DNA of 64,000 bases, from the IMG/VR virus record IMGVR_UViG_3300008262_003210. One strand, given 5' to 3'. Shown here piece after piece: positions 9,701 through 21,500 of the stretch. Position 1 is the stretch's first letter. Each line of letters begins with the position of its first letter. The notes beneath the pieces were generated by a model. That model was given only the letters and a program-made list of their open reading frames with translations. It was not told the DNA's origin and searched no databases. The translations under genes and the position numbers were made by a program. This stretch comes from a virus. Its lineage: Duplodnaviria > Caudoviricetes.

Positions 9701-12700
9701 CCGATCCTCTTAGTTCTACTGGTGGTGTTTCGTTGATGGAGTCTGGATATACTTTTAAAAATTCTAACTACCGAGCAGGAACAGCTGCAAGTAATCTTAC
9801 ACAGTATCCAATGGGTATGTTTGTACAAGATTACGAATTTACAGATGCAGGTACACTAGATGAACACAATGGACGCTATTGTGTAACTCCAGAATATCCT
9901 AACGGAACTTATGCATATTTTGTCACAGTAGATGCCGCAAATTTATATCCAGTATATCCGTACGTTATTGGTAACACATACTACGCACAACCAGCTGCAG
10001 AAGCACCAACAGCAACTACTGAAGGTGCTGGAGGCGGCTTTGCACCACTAGGATTAGATATTATTTTTACAGGCGGATATTTTAACTGCTACAGCACACA
10101 GAACATGTCTGCCGACGAGCCAATTCAATTTGTGTCAACATCTAGCTTTATTACTAATTTAGATCCGTTTGAAACAGCCGCAATCACAGCAGGTAAAACA
10201 TATTATGTAGTTGGCGACACATTAACCGCAACAACATTCCAGGTTGCAGAAGTGCCGGGAGGAAGTCCTATTGGTCTATCTGGTGGCAATGGATTCATGC
10301 AGATTATTGGCGGCGATGCAACCAAAGATATGTTCCGTATAAGAAATGCTACAGGATTAAGAAATTTAACATTAAAAGGTTTATTAGGAACACTAACCCC
10401 AGTAAACGAATACTTGACAGCAAGACCAACTGGCGGAAGTTATTGTGCTTTTGATCCAGGATCAGGACCTGACGATACTAAAACTTGGATTAAAAATAGA
10501 AGTCCGTATTTACAAAACGTAACGTTATTTGGATCTGGTTGCTCGGCCATGAAAGTTGACGGGACTTTACACAACGGTGGCAATAGGTCTATGACTGCCA
10601 ACGATTTTACTTGTGTACTAAGTGACGGTATTGGTGCATGGATTACAGGAACAGAAAGTAAAGCAGAACTTATTTCTGTGTTTACTTACTATAACTATGC
10701 AGGTTATTTTGCAGAAGACGGCGGAAGAATTCGTGCAGCTAATGGAAACTGTTCTTACGGAGAATTTGGCGCTATTGCAGAAGGATTTGACTTAGAAGAA
10801 GATCCTATTACTGCCACTGTTGATAATCAAACTTTTCAAGCTAGTGCAAGTGTGCAACAATCGTTTGGATTACAAGCGGCATTATTAAAATTACAATATA
10901 GTAACGCAGGTATTGAATACATTCAAACAGTTACTAATTTATTAAATCACAGTAATAACTTTTTAGGTGCAGGATGGACTACAGACGGCAACGTAAACTT
11001 ATCTAAAAATTTAATAGCACCAAGCGGATTGAATGATGGATGGACATTTAATGGTACAACATCTAATACAGATAGTTCATACATTTATAAAAACGTAACT
11101 ATACCCCCTCAAGGAGCAATCTACACCAACTTAGCTGGTTCAAACATTTCAGGAAGTGGTAGTGGTGCAACATTTGACGTAACTGTCACTGCAACAACTT
11201 TTAGTGTTGTAGTTTCATCGTTAGGATCAGGCGGTGTTGGTTATGTTTTAGGAAATCAAATTACAATCTACGGAAGTCAAGTTGGCGGTCTAGATGGTGT
11301 TAACGACATTACATTAACTGTTGCAAGTCTAGTAGGTTCGACTATTATTACAGTTTCTGCTGCGGGTACTGTTCCAGCAGGTTCTGCACTAAGATACACA
11401 TTTAGTATTCATGCTAAAAAATCAACATCAAACGTATTTGATTTATACGCCATATTCACAGGATCAAGCACACGAACAAGCTCTGTTACGTGGAATTTTA
11501 ACACCAGAACATTGACTTCTACAGATTTTGGAGACGGTGGTTTAGTTCCCGGTGTTGCATATAGAGGAGTTGATTATTTAGACAATGACTGGTACAGAAT
11601 TTGGTTCTCTGTCTATGATACTAATGCTCTTAATAATACTGTGCAACTAAGAATCTACCCAAGGGGCAGATTAGGAACTACTGGAGCAACATCATTTTAC
11701 GGAGCTCAGGTGGAAATTGGAAGTTCTCGTAGATTCTATCTTTCTACTACTACAGGATTATACGATGCGTATGCAGATTACATTATTAGCGGTGCAGGTG
11801 TTGATGCACAATTAGTAGCTGACGAAACAAGATCTAATTCTGTTTATCAGTCACGAATTACAGATCCAGGATCTGGCGCAGGTGGTACAGGATATTTAAT
11901 TGCAAGCAACAATGCACAAGGTGGCAATGCATCGTTTATTATACTTGCACAATCAGATATTAACACAGCTGCTAATTATAACGGAATGAGAATATTTGTT
12001 AATAGCGGTACTGGTGCTGGACAATTTGGATTTATTTCTAATTATGACGAAAACACAAAAATTGCTTCTGTTTTAAAAGAATCTGTGACACCACTGACAA
12101 TCAGTGCTGTATCAACAGCCGATGATTCATTTACACTTAGCGATACAGCAGATGATATTGGTACGTTGTACATAGATCAACCTGTGCAATTTATTCCAAC
12201 ATATTATAGTACTAGTGTTACTAATACATCAGAAGAATCATATCCAATTATTTCTATTGTAGGCGGAACAGTAAACACTATGGCAATGGCTAATACTGCT
12301 GTGCTTTATTATAATATGCCTATTAAATTTAGCGGAAATATTCCAGAAACAGCTGGGGTGATTGCAAACTTCACATATTTTGTACAAGAAATTGTTGATG
12401 AATTCTATTTTAAAATTACAAGTACATCATTTGGTCCAGTACTTCCGTTATCAGCAAATACACCAACAGGAATGAACATTGACATTCCGTCAAATACTAG
12501 TTACTTAAAAGTAACTTCAACTGCTGGAATGGCTGCAAATATGCCAATTCAATTTACTGGTACAGCATTAGGCGGCATCAGTTTAGGACAAATTTACTTC
12601 ATTCACGATGTAATTGATTCAGTAAGATTATCTATCTCTACATCATTGCTGTCACCGGTAGTTACTGCAACAGATTCAGCAAACAACAGATTATCTGTTA

Positions 12701-15438
12701 CAGCAACTGGAAGTTTAGCTCCGTTAGCTCCGATTGTATTTTCTGAACCTACTATTGGAGGAGTAACACCAGACGTCAAATATTATATTAGTAAAATTAC
12801 TAGCGGAACATCTTTTAGAATTGCTGATAGTATATTAAGTGTTACAGTTTCAGAAACTTTCTTTAGCACAAACCTAATCAAGTGTGATTCAACATCAGGC
12901 TTTGTTCCAGATAACCCAATTAAATTTACAGGCAACGGTTTTGGAGGCATTACCGCAGAACTAACTTATTATATTCTAGCTGTTAACGATTCTACTACAT
13001 TTACGGTAGCAAGTTCAGTTGGCGGTTCAAGTATACCGCTCACAACAGCCAAAGGATATATGGTTGGAAGAACCTGCCCCGAAGAAGTTAGTGTTGTAAC
13101 AGATGCTGGATCGATGAATGGAAAAACAACCATTGCTAAATCTACAATAACAAGAGGTTCTGGCGCAATTATGAATGCGGTATTTTCTACTCCAGTATTT
13201 GGCGGAGTTGAACAAGGAACAACATACTACATTTCAACCATAACCCCAGGCGCTCCTAATAAAATACAAGTATCAGATACTATAGGAGGTGCCGTGTTTA
13301 ATCTAACAACAGGCACCGGTACTATGAAAATTGGTGAAGTTGGTTGGGATCATGTTAATGCTGGAACACAACCTGTTACCGCGTTTGATACAACAACTTT
13401 ATACTTTATAGAACCAAGACTTACCTATTCAGAACCTCCATTTACGCAAACAGATACAACACTACCTACGGCCGGTGCAGGCACATTCTATACGGCTATA
13501 GCATACGGAGATAACTTCTGGATTGCAGTACCAAATGGAAATACAACTATTGCTGGATCGTCTAATGGTAGCTCTTGGTCAACTTATACATTACCAGTAA
13601 CTTCTCCGTTAACGTGGTCAGATATCTGCTATGGCAATACTGCGTGGGTATTGATTGCTACTGGTACGGATAAAGTACTTTATTCGTTCTCAAAAGGTCA
13701 ATCGTGGAAAACAGGAACCATGCCTAGTGTCAGCACTTGGTCAAGTGTAGCTTATTCAAACGGTGTGTTTGTAGCCATCGCAACAGGAACAGCAAATGCT
13801 GCTTATTCAATAAACTATGGAGCAACATGGACTCCTAGTACTATTCCAGGAACAGGCTCAGGAACCTATACAAATATTGCATCTGGTAAGGGCAATTTTG
13901 TGTTCTTAGAAAATAATACTACAAAATATTATGTTAGTGAAGATGAAGGTGCAACCTGGACAGAGTATAATACTTTGCCGTTATCTGCATCCTGGACAAG
14001 AGTGTCTTATGGTAACGGAAGATTCGTTGCTACAGCAGACTCTTCGGCAACTCCAGTCTACAGTTTAGACGGAGGTTTAACTTGGACTGCTTCTCCTCAA
14101 AGTATTGATGCTAAAGTTCTAGCATATGGTAACGGGGTGTTTTTAGCATTAAAAGCGAATAATGCTTTTAGTTGGCAAAGTGAAGATGGAAGAGTTTGGA
14201 GGAAGAAAGCTACTACTCTTGTTGACTATGAAGATGCAGCTTTTGGATTTACTCCTTTACATCCTGGAAGATTTGTTACTTGTGCAGGATCAACTGCTGC
14301 AAGTACAATAGTTACAGGATCTAAAACTAAAGGCAGACCTATTGTAGAAAGTGGAGTTGTAACGGCAGTTACTGAGTTTGAAACAGGTGGTGGCTATCTT
14401 GTTGCACCAATAGTAACTTTATTTGATCCAAACGTAACCACTGCTGCGACCATAGAACCAAGATTAGGAAACGGCACATTAAGTGCGCCAACTTTCTTAA
14501 ATCCTGGAGAAGGATACAATACCAGTTCTACTACTATTACAATCAATGGTAGCGGCTATGCGGAAGAGTTTCAAACTGGATTAGGCATTAGAGTAAGTAA
14601 TTTAACTCAGCTACCAAGGCCAGGTGACGATTTAGTTGTTACTGGTGATGCTACTATTTACAAAGTTACTAATGCAACTGCTTTACGAGGCAGCGTAGCA
14701 CCAAACTTAACTGCTGAAATTCAAATTTCACCAGATATGAGTATTGCACTAAGTCCAGATCATGCAACGCCGTTGATTATTAGAGAAAGATATAGTCAAT
14801 GTCGATTAACCAACCATGACTTCTTAAATATTGGATTTGGTGACGAAAGAGAATCTGGATATCCAGCACCAGTTCCAACAGTTAATACACTACAGTCGCA
14901 AAATCAGACAATTGAAAATCATTTTGGTCGTGTATTCTATACAAGTACTGACCAAGACGGTAACTTTAAAACTGGTAGTTTGTTTGGAGTTGAACAAGCC
15001 ACTGGTATTGTTACTTTAAGTGCTAGTCAATTTGGATTATCAGGACTAGAAGTACTAACACTTGGTGGTATTGCAGTTGGTGGATCAAGCGTTGTTATTA
15101 CTCAGTTTAGTAATGACGCAACATTTGTTGCTAACAGCGATAGTGTAGTTCCAACACAGCGAGCTATTAAATCGTATATGACAGCTCGTTTGAGCCAAGG
15201 TGGTTCAAATACATTTACAGGAAATACTACAGCAGGTAGTATTACAATTGGAGGTCCAAATGTCATGGGTAGCACTATCCCAGCAGGAACTCCAGGATAC
15301 GGAATATTCATGCTAAACCGAGTGAATTTTGATGGTTTAGAAAATGGTATGGTTGATGGTGATATGCCAGCATTTAACTTTTTCATTCGTGGAAAGGGTG
15401 TTGAACGGTTAGTCGACCCAAGTCGCATTATAAGATAA
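6736..15438 (+). CDS. Giant virion structural/tail-appendage protein (2900 aa): CBM5/12-like Trp repeats, YHYH domain, beta-helix, BNR/Asp-box-like propeller
   Basis: Seven W....Y..GD.V.YGG..Y.C...H.S repeats; YHYH-type motifs (GLPYHSYG, DGYPIYGPFGY, LDEHNGRYCVTPEYPNGTYAYF); RSPYLQNVT beta-helix; W..VAY.NG.FVA repeats; C-terminal RLTNHDFL..G.G...RVFYTSTDQDGNF. Confidence 0.85.
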   Translation: MAAEFKISRLRYNYLGEWDVDAFYNRDAVVTYEGKLYVCLEPHTSGTTQPTFYDALNNVTLGAPNPYWEIVIDSRKWSGDWQTTTFYSLGNIVRYGGSLYICTEQHTSGLVIDENKFDLFATSNGNWDNTWDVGIAYGVGDIVRYGGILYRCIENHISAATVALGLEEDQASWADFFVGVEFKGTWNSSGYRYKKNDLVKYGADVWIAESGHTSSLTFDQTKWDLWAPGQDYTDSWSSSVTYQIGDVILYGGYTYTSLVANNLNNVPSVDAISWELLTKGYSFENDWNSSTSYKVGNVVRRGGLIYVAVQDNNNQDPTNLSVSKTFQSSTDTTITLNNTSGLVPGLIITGPKISTGPSIVTVIDGLQIKISELFDGSLTTGDTLDFRGINYIYWSLVVPSVNWRGIWEDEVDYSIGDVVLYGNKTYKCIQSHTSSEITGDKPTSNTGYNFWISYFYHARRNSLTDQGDIRTIAGGASTVVNIGEQDQVLQACIYLNETGSNSGYGTSVEIPDGEVLPKWKKILVSPNLFYVSESGVDAPGYGETWDRPWRTIKYATERVDAGTENQGIKACLEANKKFLTTEMYQWMLYQKQYTIAPFSPTSQFDPDKTVRDASYIIDGVVYDLSRGGNAQTVINARAFFNAEGRGGYINSSVEAQMPFFIAALNRLKTLMLSNVLIGQVPTTLYQEVNGITPGDIIEMQTGFITGFLTDVETLLDIVIDALTDATTDNIPYPNKGLTATIMVKTGTYEEELPIIVPEYCVIQGDELRGVTVTPKTVINTFTETSVSGSTTPATTTLTGAVGHSEWDFSTDGTVTLTATGLPYHSYGNLDDPNTPDDIEIDKTFPWRGGTDISAEDKVATDPGTIGYWINGVSIVSPNAGTDAPDGFVALSGFNYNKSAYTAFALNYSWGADDAGGFSSADGTYHYTDFSFDLSWTSGDGFVSGNNNTGSSELSEIPYLSGSLTQANGHSKIIGISLDGYPIYGPFGYTDPLSSTGGVSLMESGYTFKNSNYRAGTAASNLTQYPMGMFVQDYEFTDAGTLDEHNGRYCVTPEYPNGTYAYFVTVDAANLYPVYPYVIGNTYYAQPAAEAPTATTEGAGGGFAPLGLDIIFTGGYFNCYSTQNMSADEPIQFVSTSSFITNLDPFETAAITAGKTYYVVGDTLTATTFQVAEVPGGSPIGLSGGNGFMQIIGGDATKDMFRIRNATGLRNLTLKGLLGTLTPVNEYLTARPTGGSYCAFDPGSGPDDTKTWIKNRSPYLQNVTLFGSGCSAMKVDGTLHNGGNRSMTANDFTCVLSDGIGAWITGTESKAELISVFTYYNYAGYFAEDGGRIRAANGNCSYGEFGAIAEGFDLEEDPITATVDNQTFQASASVQQSFGLQAALLKLQYSNAGIEYIQTVTNLLNHSNNFLGAGWTTDGNVNLSKNLIAPSGLNDGWTFNGTTSNTDSSYIYKNVTIPPQGAIYTNLAGSNISGSGSGATFDVTVTATTFSVVVSSLGSGGVGYVLGNQITIYGSQVGGLDGVNDITLTVASLVGSTIITVSAAGTVPAGSALRYTFSIHAKKSTSNVFDLYAIFTGSSTRTSSVTWNFNTRTLTSTDFGDGGLVPGVAYRGVDYLDNDWYRIWFSVYDTNALNNTVQLRIYPRGRLGTTGATSFYGAQVEIGSSRRFYLSTTTGLYDAYADYIISGAGVDAQLVADETRSNSVYQSRITDPGSGAGGTGYLIASNNAQGGNASFIILAQSDINTAANYNGMRIFVNSGTGAGQFGFISNYDENTKIASVLKESVTPLTISAVSTADDSFTLSDTADDIGTLYIDQPVQFIPTYYSTSVTNTSEESYPIISIVGGTVNTMAMANTAVLYYNMPIKFSGNIPETAGVIANFTYFVQEIVDEFYFKITSTSFGPVLPLSANTPTGMNIDIPSNTSYLKVTSTAGMAANMPIQFTGTALGGISLGQIYFIHDVIDSVRLSISTSLLSPVVTATDSANNRLSVTATGSLAPLAPIVFSEPTIGGVTPDVKYYISKITSGTSFRIADSILSVTVSETFFSTNLIKCDSTSGFVPDNPIKFTGNGFGGITAELTYYILAVNDSTTFTVASSVGGSSIPLTTAKGYMVGRTCPEEVSVVTDAGSMNGKTTIAKSTITRGSGAIMNAVFSTPVFGGVEQGTTYYISTITPGAPNKIQVSDTIGGAVFNLTTGTGTMKIGEVGWDHVNAGTQPVTAFDTTTLYFIEPRLTYSEPPFTQTDTTLPTAGAGTFYTAIAYGDNFWIAVPNGNTTIAGSSNGSSWSTYTLPVTSPLTWSDICYGNTAWVLIATGTDKVLYSFSKGQSWKTGTMPSVSTWSSVAYSNGVFVAIATGTANAAYSINYGATWTPSTIPGTGSGTYTNIASGKGNFVFLENNTTKYYVSEDEGATWTEYNTLPLSASWTRVSYGNGRFVATADSSATPVYSLDGGLTWTASPQSIDAKVLAYGNGVFLALKANNAFSWQSEDGRVWRKKATTLVDYEDAAFGFTPLHPGRFVTCAGSTAASTIVTGSKTKGRPIVESGVVTAVTEFETGGGYLVAPIVTLFDPNVTTAATIEPRLGNGTLSAPTFLNPGEGYNTSSTTITINGSGYAEEFQTGLGIRVSNLTQLPRPGDDLVVTGDATIYKVTNATALRGSVAPNLTAEIQISPDMSIALSPDHATPLIIRERYSQCRLTNHDFLNIGFGDERESGYPAPVPTVNTLQSQNQTIENHFGRVFYTSTDQDGNFKTGSLFGVEQATGIVTLSASQFGLSGLEVLTLGGIAVGGSSVVITQFSNDATFVANSDSVVPTQRAIKSYMTARLSQGGSNTFTGNTTAGSITIGGPNVMGSTIPAGTPGYGIFMLNRVNFDGLENGMVDGDMPAFNFFIRGKGVERLVDPSRIIR

Positions 15439-15469
15439 CATGTTGATTATAATGTCAGATTATGGTTTA

Positions 15470-15477
15470 GATAAATA
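15470..15477 (+). promoter_or_regulatory. Late promoter-like GATAAATA
   Basis: About 24 nt upstream of the 3671-aa gene start, followed by AAGGA RBS. Confidence 0.65.
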
Positions 15478-15500
15478 TGATATCAAAGGAATAATTTAAA

Positions 15501-18500
15501 ATGGCAGAATTTATACTAGGTAGAATCAAGTTTGTTTACAGAAACAACTGGGCAACTTCTACAGATTATGTTGTTGACGACGTCGTAACAGTAGGCGGTA
15601 AAACATTTATTTGCATTAAGAATCACGAATCATCTGCAATATTTGAAACAGATTACGATACAAACACAGCAATTAGTAAATGGAATCTTCTTGCTGATGG
15701 TCAACAATGGAGAGAAGACTGGGCTGCAGCCACAGTCTACAATCAAGGTGACCTCGTTAAATACGGCGGCCTAGTTTATTTGTGTAACGAGCCACACACT
15801 TCTGCCACATATACTTCTCCAACTTGGTTAGGATTAGAAGACGACCAATCCAAGTGGGACATATTTGCAACATCATTTGACTGGAAAGGAGCTTGGGCTA
15901 CTAGTACTCGCTATAAGGTAAATGATATTGTATCTTATAACGGTTATACTTATGTATGTACATTGAAACATATATCTGCTGCAACTGCATCTTTAGGTTT
16001 AGAAGACGACCTTGGCAATTGGGACGTTGTAAATCCAGGATTAAAATATCTAGGTTCATGGGAAAGTCTTGGATCATCATATAGATATAAATTAAACGAT
16101 GTAGTTAAGTACGGTGCAAGTTTGTGGATTTGTACAGCACATCATACTTCTACTACTGATTTTGAAGACGGCGACTGGACTATTTTCTTAAACGGATTTG
16201 AATTTGAAAATAGTTGGAGCAGCTCAACAACTTACCAAGTTGGTGATATTGTCACATACGGTGGTGTGTCTTATGTTGCAAAACAAAATAACGACAATAA
16301 AAAACCATCTGCAGAACCAACATATTGGGATGTCTACACTACCGGTTTTAGTTTTGAAGGTGATTGGAATAGACTTACAACATATAAGATAGGTAGTGTA
16401 GTAAGAAACGGTGGATACACTTATCTTGCAGAATTAGATTCTCCTAGTATCACTTCTGTAGCAACGGATACTACTGTTTCAACCGATCCTACTAATCCTA
16501 ATACAGTCTCAGCAGACACTACTGGATTTGTAGCTGGAATGACTGTTTATTTTGGTACTTCTTTTGGCGGACTAGTTGCTAATACAAAATATTATGTGTT
16601 AAGTGCAGGCTTGTCGCCAACCAGATTTAAAGTAAGTACTACTCCTGGCGGAACTCCTGTTACACTAACTACAACAACAGGGCAAACTGTAGGCGTTACA
16701 GTATCGCCAGAGCCATCAAACACAACTTACTGGTCTCAATTAAACTCAGGGTTCAAATGGAAGAATAATCCTGTTACTTATACCGCAGTAGCAGGAACTG
16801 TACAAGGAACAAGTTTAGGAATTAATCAACTGTTTGATGTAACAAGAACAGGAACTATTTACACAGTTACTATTAACGACGGCGGCGATTATTTTGCTGC
16901 TGGAGATGAAATAGTTATTGCAGGAACAAGCATTGGCGGTATTAGTCCTGCAAACGATTTAACTATTACAGTAACAACAGAATCTTCTGGAGTAATTACA
17001 GCAGTTACTCACGCAGGTATCAGTGTCACATGGACTTCTGGACTAGTTTATGTTATTGGGGACGTTATATTCTTTGGAGCAAGTAGCTACACTTGTGTAA
17101 CCGAACACGTTGCTTCAACAGGAACTCGACCAGATAATGACATCGATGCAACATACTGGAACATTGTTTCAGTTGGTGCAGAAATTGCAACGCTTACTAC
17201 AGCAGGAGATACACTCTATTACAGTCCTAACGGTCCTGCAAGATTACCTATTGGAAGAGATGGACAGGTATTGCGTGTCAAAGATGGATATCCTAGTTGG
17301 GAAACTTACGGACATGTGTTTAACGCAGTATTCGTAGGACCAACCGGAGTCGACTTACCGTATCCGCAAAGTGGATTTAGTATAGACCAGCCATGGAAAA
17401 CTGTTAGATACGCTTGTAAACAAATTGAGGAAGGTTATAGAGACCCTCAAACTAGACATATTTTACAAACTAATAAATCATTTTTAATTAAAGAAACATT
17501 TAACTATCTAGAATACACTTATCAAGTTAGTGTAACAGGAACTTCTGTTGGAGAATTTTTAGTTGCTGACACATCAATGTTAAATTTAAAAATGCCAATT
17601 AGATTTTTAGATCAAACAGGCAGTTTAACTTTAAACGGCAACCCTATTTTATCTACAACAACATACTATGTTAAGTCAATTACTTCAAATACAAGTTTTA
17701 CTGTTGCCGCAACACCAACTGGTGCCACACTAGTTTCAGCTGGAACAGGAACTGCAACTGCTAAATTTGAATACGATAAAGCCAAAGCAAAAAGAGATGC
17801 TGGTATATTAATTGAAGGAATGATTTATGATGTAACACACGGTGGTAATTATAAAACAACCGGAAACACTTTATCATTCTACGATACAAGCGGAACTGCT
17901 TATATTACTACAAATACAGAATTACAAATTACTCAATTTATTGATAGTCATGTATATTTAAAATCTATCATTCCATCAGTACTAGCAAATACCGTAGTAA
18001 GCCCAAGCTATCAAACTTTGAATAATGAAACAGATCCAATTTATCAAATTATTGATACCGATTACACAGCAGAATCTGATGCTCTACCAAGATTAAACGA
18101 ATTATTTGATATTCTTATTGATGGATTAACTCAAGGCGATACATCTACTACACCTATTGCCAAGACTCCTAATACAACAATTAATATTAAAACAGGAACT
18201 TACTTAGAAGTTCTTCCTGTTGTTGTGCCAGAATATACAGCACTAGTTGGAGACGAACTACGTTCCACCGTTGTTCAGCCTAGAGGTGGTAATGATTTAC
18301 TGGTTAACGATCAACCAAAAACTAAAAGCGCATTAGAACGTCTAAAGGCAGTTTTACCTAACATCATGTCTAACACCGCAGTTTCAGCAAGTGCGGAAAA
18401 TACTGTTAACCAAGAGTACTTGTATACTGCCCAAGACAACACCATTACTGCAAGTATAACAGCCAACACTAATACTATGGTTGATATAATTGTCAATGGT

Positions 18501-21500
18501 GATAATTTCAGTACAGCATCTCCAGTAGCAGTATTACCAACCCCAACCGGAGGTTCTAATAACGCATTTACCGCAGGATATTTTAATGCGGCAAGATTAA
18601 TTAAATTAAACAGAGCACTAATTGTTGATGAAGTTGAGTATTTGATGGACACAACATATAATACTCTGTGGAATACAACATTTACAGCAACACAACGAGC
18701 ACAAACTCTTAGAGATGCAGGATACATTGTTGATGCAGTTGTTTATGATTTAACTTATGGTGGTAATTTAGCCAGTGTAATTGCTGGAAGATCTTATTAC
18801 AGTAAAGGATCAATTGTTGTTCCTACAAGTAAAACAGAAACTCTAGCATGTCAGGCACGTATTAAAGATATTATTGACAATATTGCTCAAGGACTAACAA
18901 CTGGTTGGACAAAGAATAGTGCATTATCTCAAGACATCAGCGGAACAGCAGGATCATTAGCAGCTGCTACTGCTGCACAGGCTCGTGTTCAGGAAATTTA
19001 CGATGCTACAGACACTGGTACAGCACCTACAACCATTGCACCAGATATTACTTGGCCAAGTGCATTAAAATTGTCAGCAAATACTTCTATTGTAGCTGCA
19101 ATAACTGATATACAAGCCGAAACCCAGCAATGGATACAGGATGCATACCCATTACTTCCTTACGATGTAACATTATGCGATAGAGACATTGGTTATTTTA
19201 TTGACGCCTTGCGTTACGACATGATGTTTGGCAGTAATTTCTTAAGTATTTGGAACGGAGAATCTTACAGAAGAAACTTAACTTCTACTCAGTTTGTAGT
19301 TGACAATCAGTTAGAAGCAGAAGTTGGTATGATTGGTTTCCTTAGTGCAATCATCAAAGAAATTACCGGTGGCGGCACATCAGGAAGTGCAGGAAGTTTC
19401 CGTGCAATTCGTCGTGTTGAAAGTGCAGCAAAAACAGTTTATAACATTATAGCTTCTGGTTTTACTAGAGTACCAAGTATTCAATTTACAACACCAACCG
19501 GTTATAATACATCTGCATTAACAGATACTGCTTATGCAGCCACTGGTTATGCAACTGGCGATACTACAGGGTTTGGTGATGGTAAAGCACAATTAGTACA
19601 AAACTATGATTTTATTGTAGCAGATGTTTTACAATTCTATGCTAACGGATCATATTCAGCTATTTGGGCTGCAACAACTACAGAAGGCAGGGATAAAGGT
19701 AAACGAGATATTCGTTATATTTTAGATGCACTACAGCACGACATGACATATGGCGGAAATTATCAGGCATCTATTGCTGGTAGTTCCTATTATAGTTCTT
19801 ATCTACTAAACATTAGCGAAGAAGAAAAACCAGCATTCTTAGATGCGTTTGCATTTATGAAAGTTTTAGTAGGCCAAATAGTTCGTGAAGATGCTATTAC
19901 TGCTCAATCAGGAAACACCGTAAATCGTGTTACTACTGGTCCTGGCGGCAGCGCAGCAGCAGGAGCTTTTGCGGAAGATAGAATTCAAGATGTAATTGAT
20001 TGGATTACTGACGGCGAAGCACCAACACAAGTTGCTCCTTACTACGGCTGGGCTAGTGATACATTACAAAATGCCTACAATGCTGTTGTAGCAAAGCGCG
20101 AAGAAATTTCTTTAGATGCTACTGGATGGGTTCAAAAATACTATCAAGAAGTTCTATTAGATTTAACTTTAACTACAAGAGATGCTGAATTAGTCATTGA
20201 TGCTATTGCATTAGACATGGTGCTAGGCACTAACTTCAATGCGTTAAGTGCAGGTCGTGCTTATCTAAGAGGTACTGCATCAACCGAAGCACTATTAAAT
20301 GGTCCTATCAAAGATCCAACATTGGGTGCTATTGATTTTATTAAATTTAAAGTTAAAACTATTGCTGGATACGGTGCAGTTGCACAAGCACAGTCTATCT
20401 TGACAGATATTATTAATAAAACTTCATCTAATTTTACACCAAAATTAGCAATGATTGAACCTGTACTTCCTGCTGGAAGTTATTCAGCAATTTCTGGAAC
20501 TAATACAGTTGGTTCAGGATCGAGTGCAACATTTAACTTTGTTAGAACTAACGCAGGATTTACTCCTAGTGTCAATGCTGGCGGTACTGGTTATGCAGTC
20601 AACGACCAGATTAGAATTAATGGATCTGATATTGGAGGTAGAACATCTGCCAACGATATTACAGTTTTAGTAACTGGTGTTTCAGGTTCAACTATTAATA
20701 GAGTCAAAGTATTAACTGATAGAGAAGCTGTTATTTTATTAGAAGACAATAGAGATTTCTTATTGTCAGAAGTTATTGCTTATATTGACTACACATATCC
20801 AAGCCTTGTCTATAATAAAGATTTAACAGTACGTGATGCTGGCTATATTATTGATGCAGTACACTACGATTTATTATACGGCGGAGATTTTGCAAGTCAA
20901 CAAGCAGGCCAGGCATACTATACTTTTGGAACAAGCCAAATAAGTGCTTATGTCAAAACTGCAACACTAGATGCAATCAATCGTCTTAAAACAACAGCTA
21001 AACAAGTTATTCAAAATACAAGTGTAACAATAACCACTGGTAACACTAAAACACAAGTGTTCAAGAACGGCGCTCAACTACAAGGTAGTTTTGCAACTGC
21101 TACAATGATGGACTCATTGATTACTAAAATTTATAACTATGTAGATTTAGGACTAATAGCAGGTGCACCGAGCGTTACAGTTACAGATATTGCTACTGGT
21201 GATACCTTTACATCTAATGCACACGGATTAGAAAACGGGGATTATATTGTAAATGAGTCAACAACTGTTTTTGGTTTAACAAGTGGAACAAGATATTACG
21301 TTGTTAATGCCACAACTAATGCATTTAAGTTAGCAGCAACTTACAACGGTACTGCACTTACATCATTTACAAACGGAACAGGATTAAGTTTATCTTTACA
21401 CTATACTAATAATCCATATTTAGGTTGGGTAAATGCAGATTTAATTACAGAATATTCAACATTGATGGCTGATAGAAATACAATCACAGCTGACGTTGTA

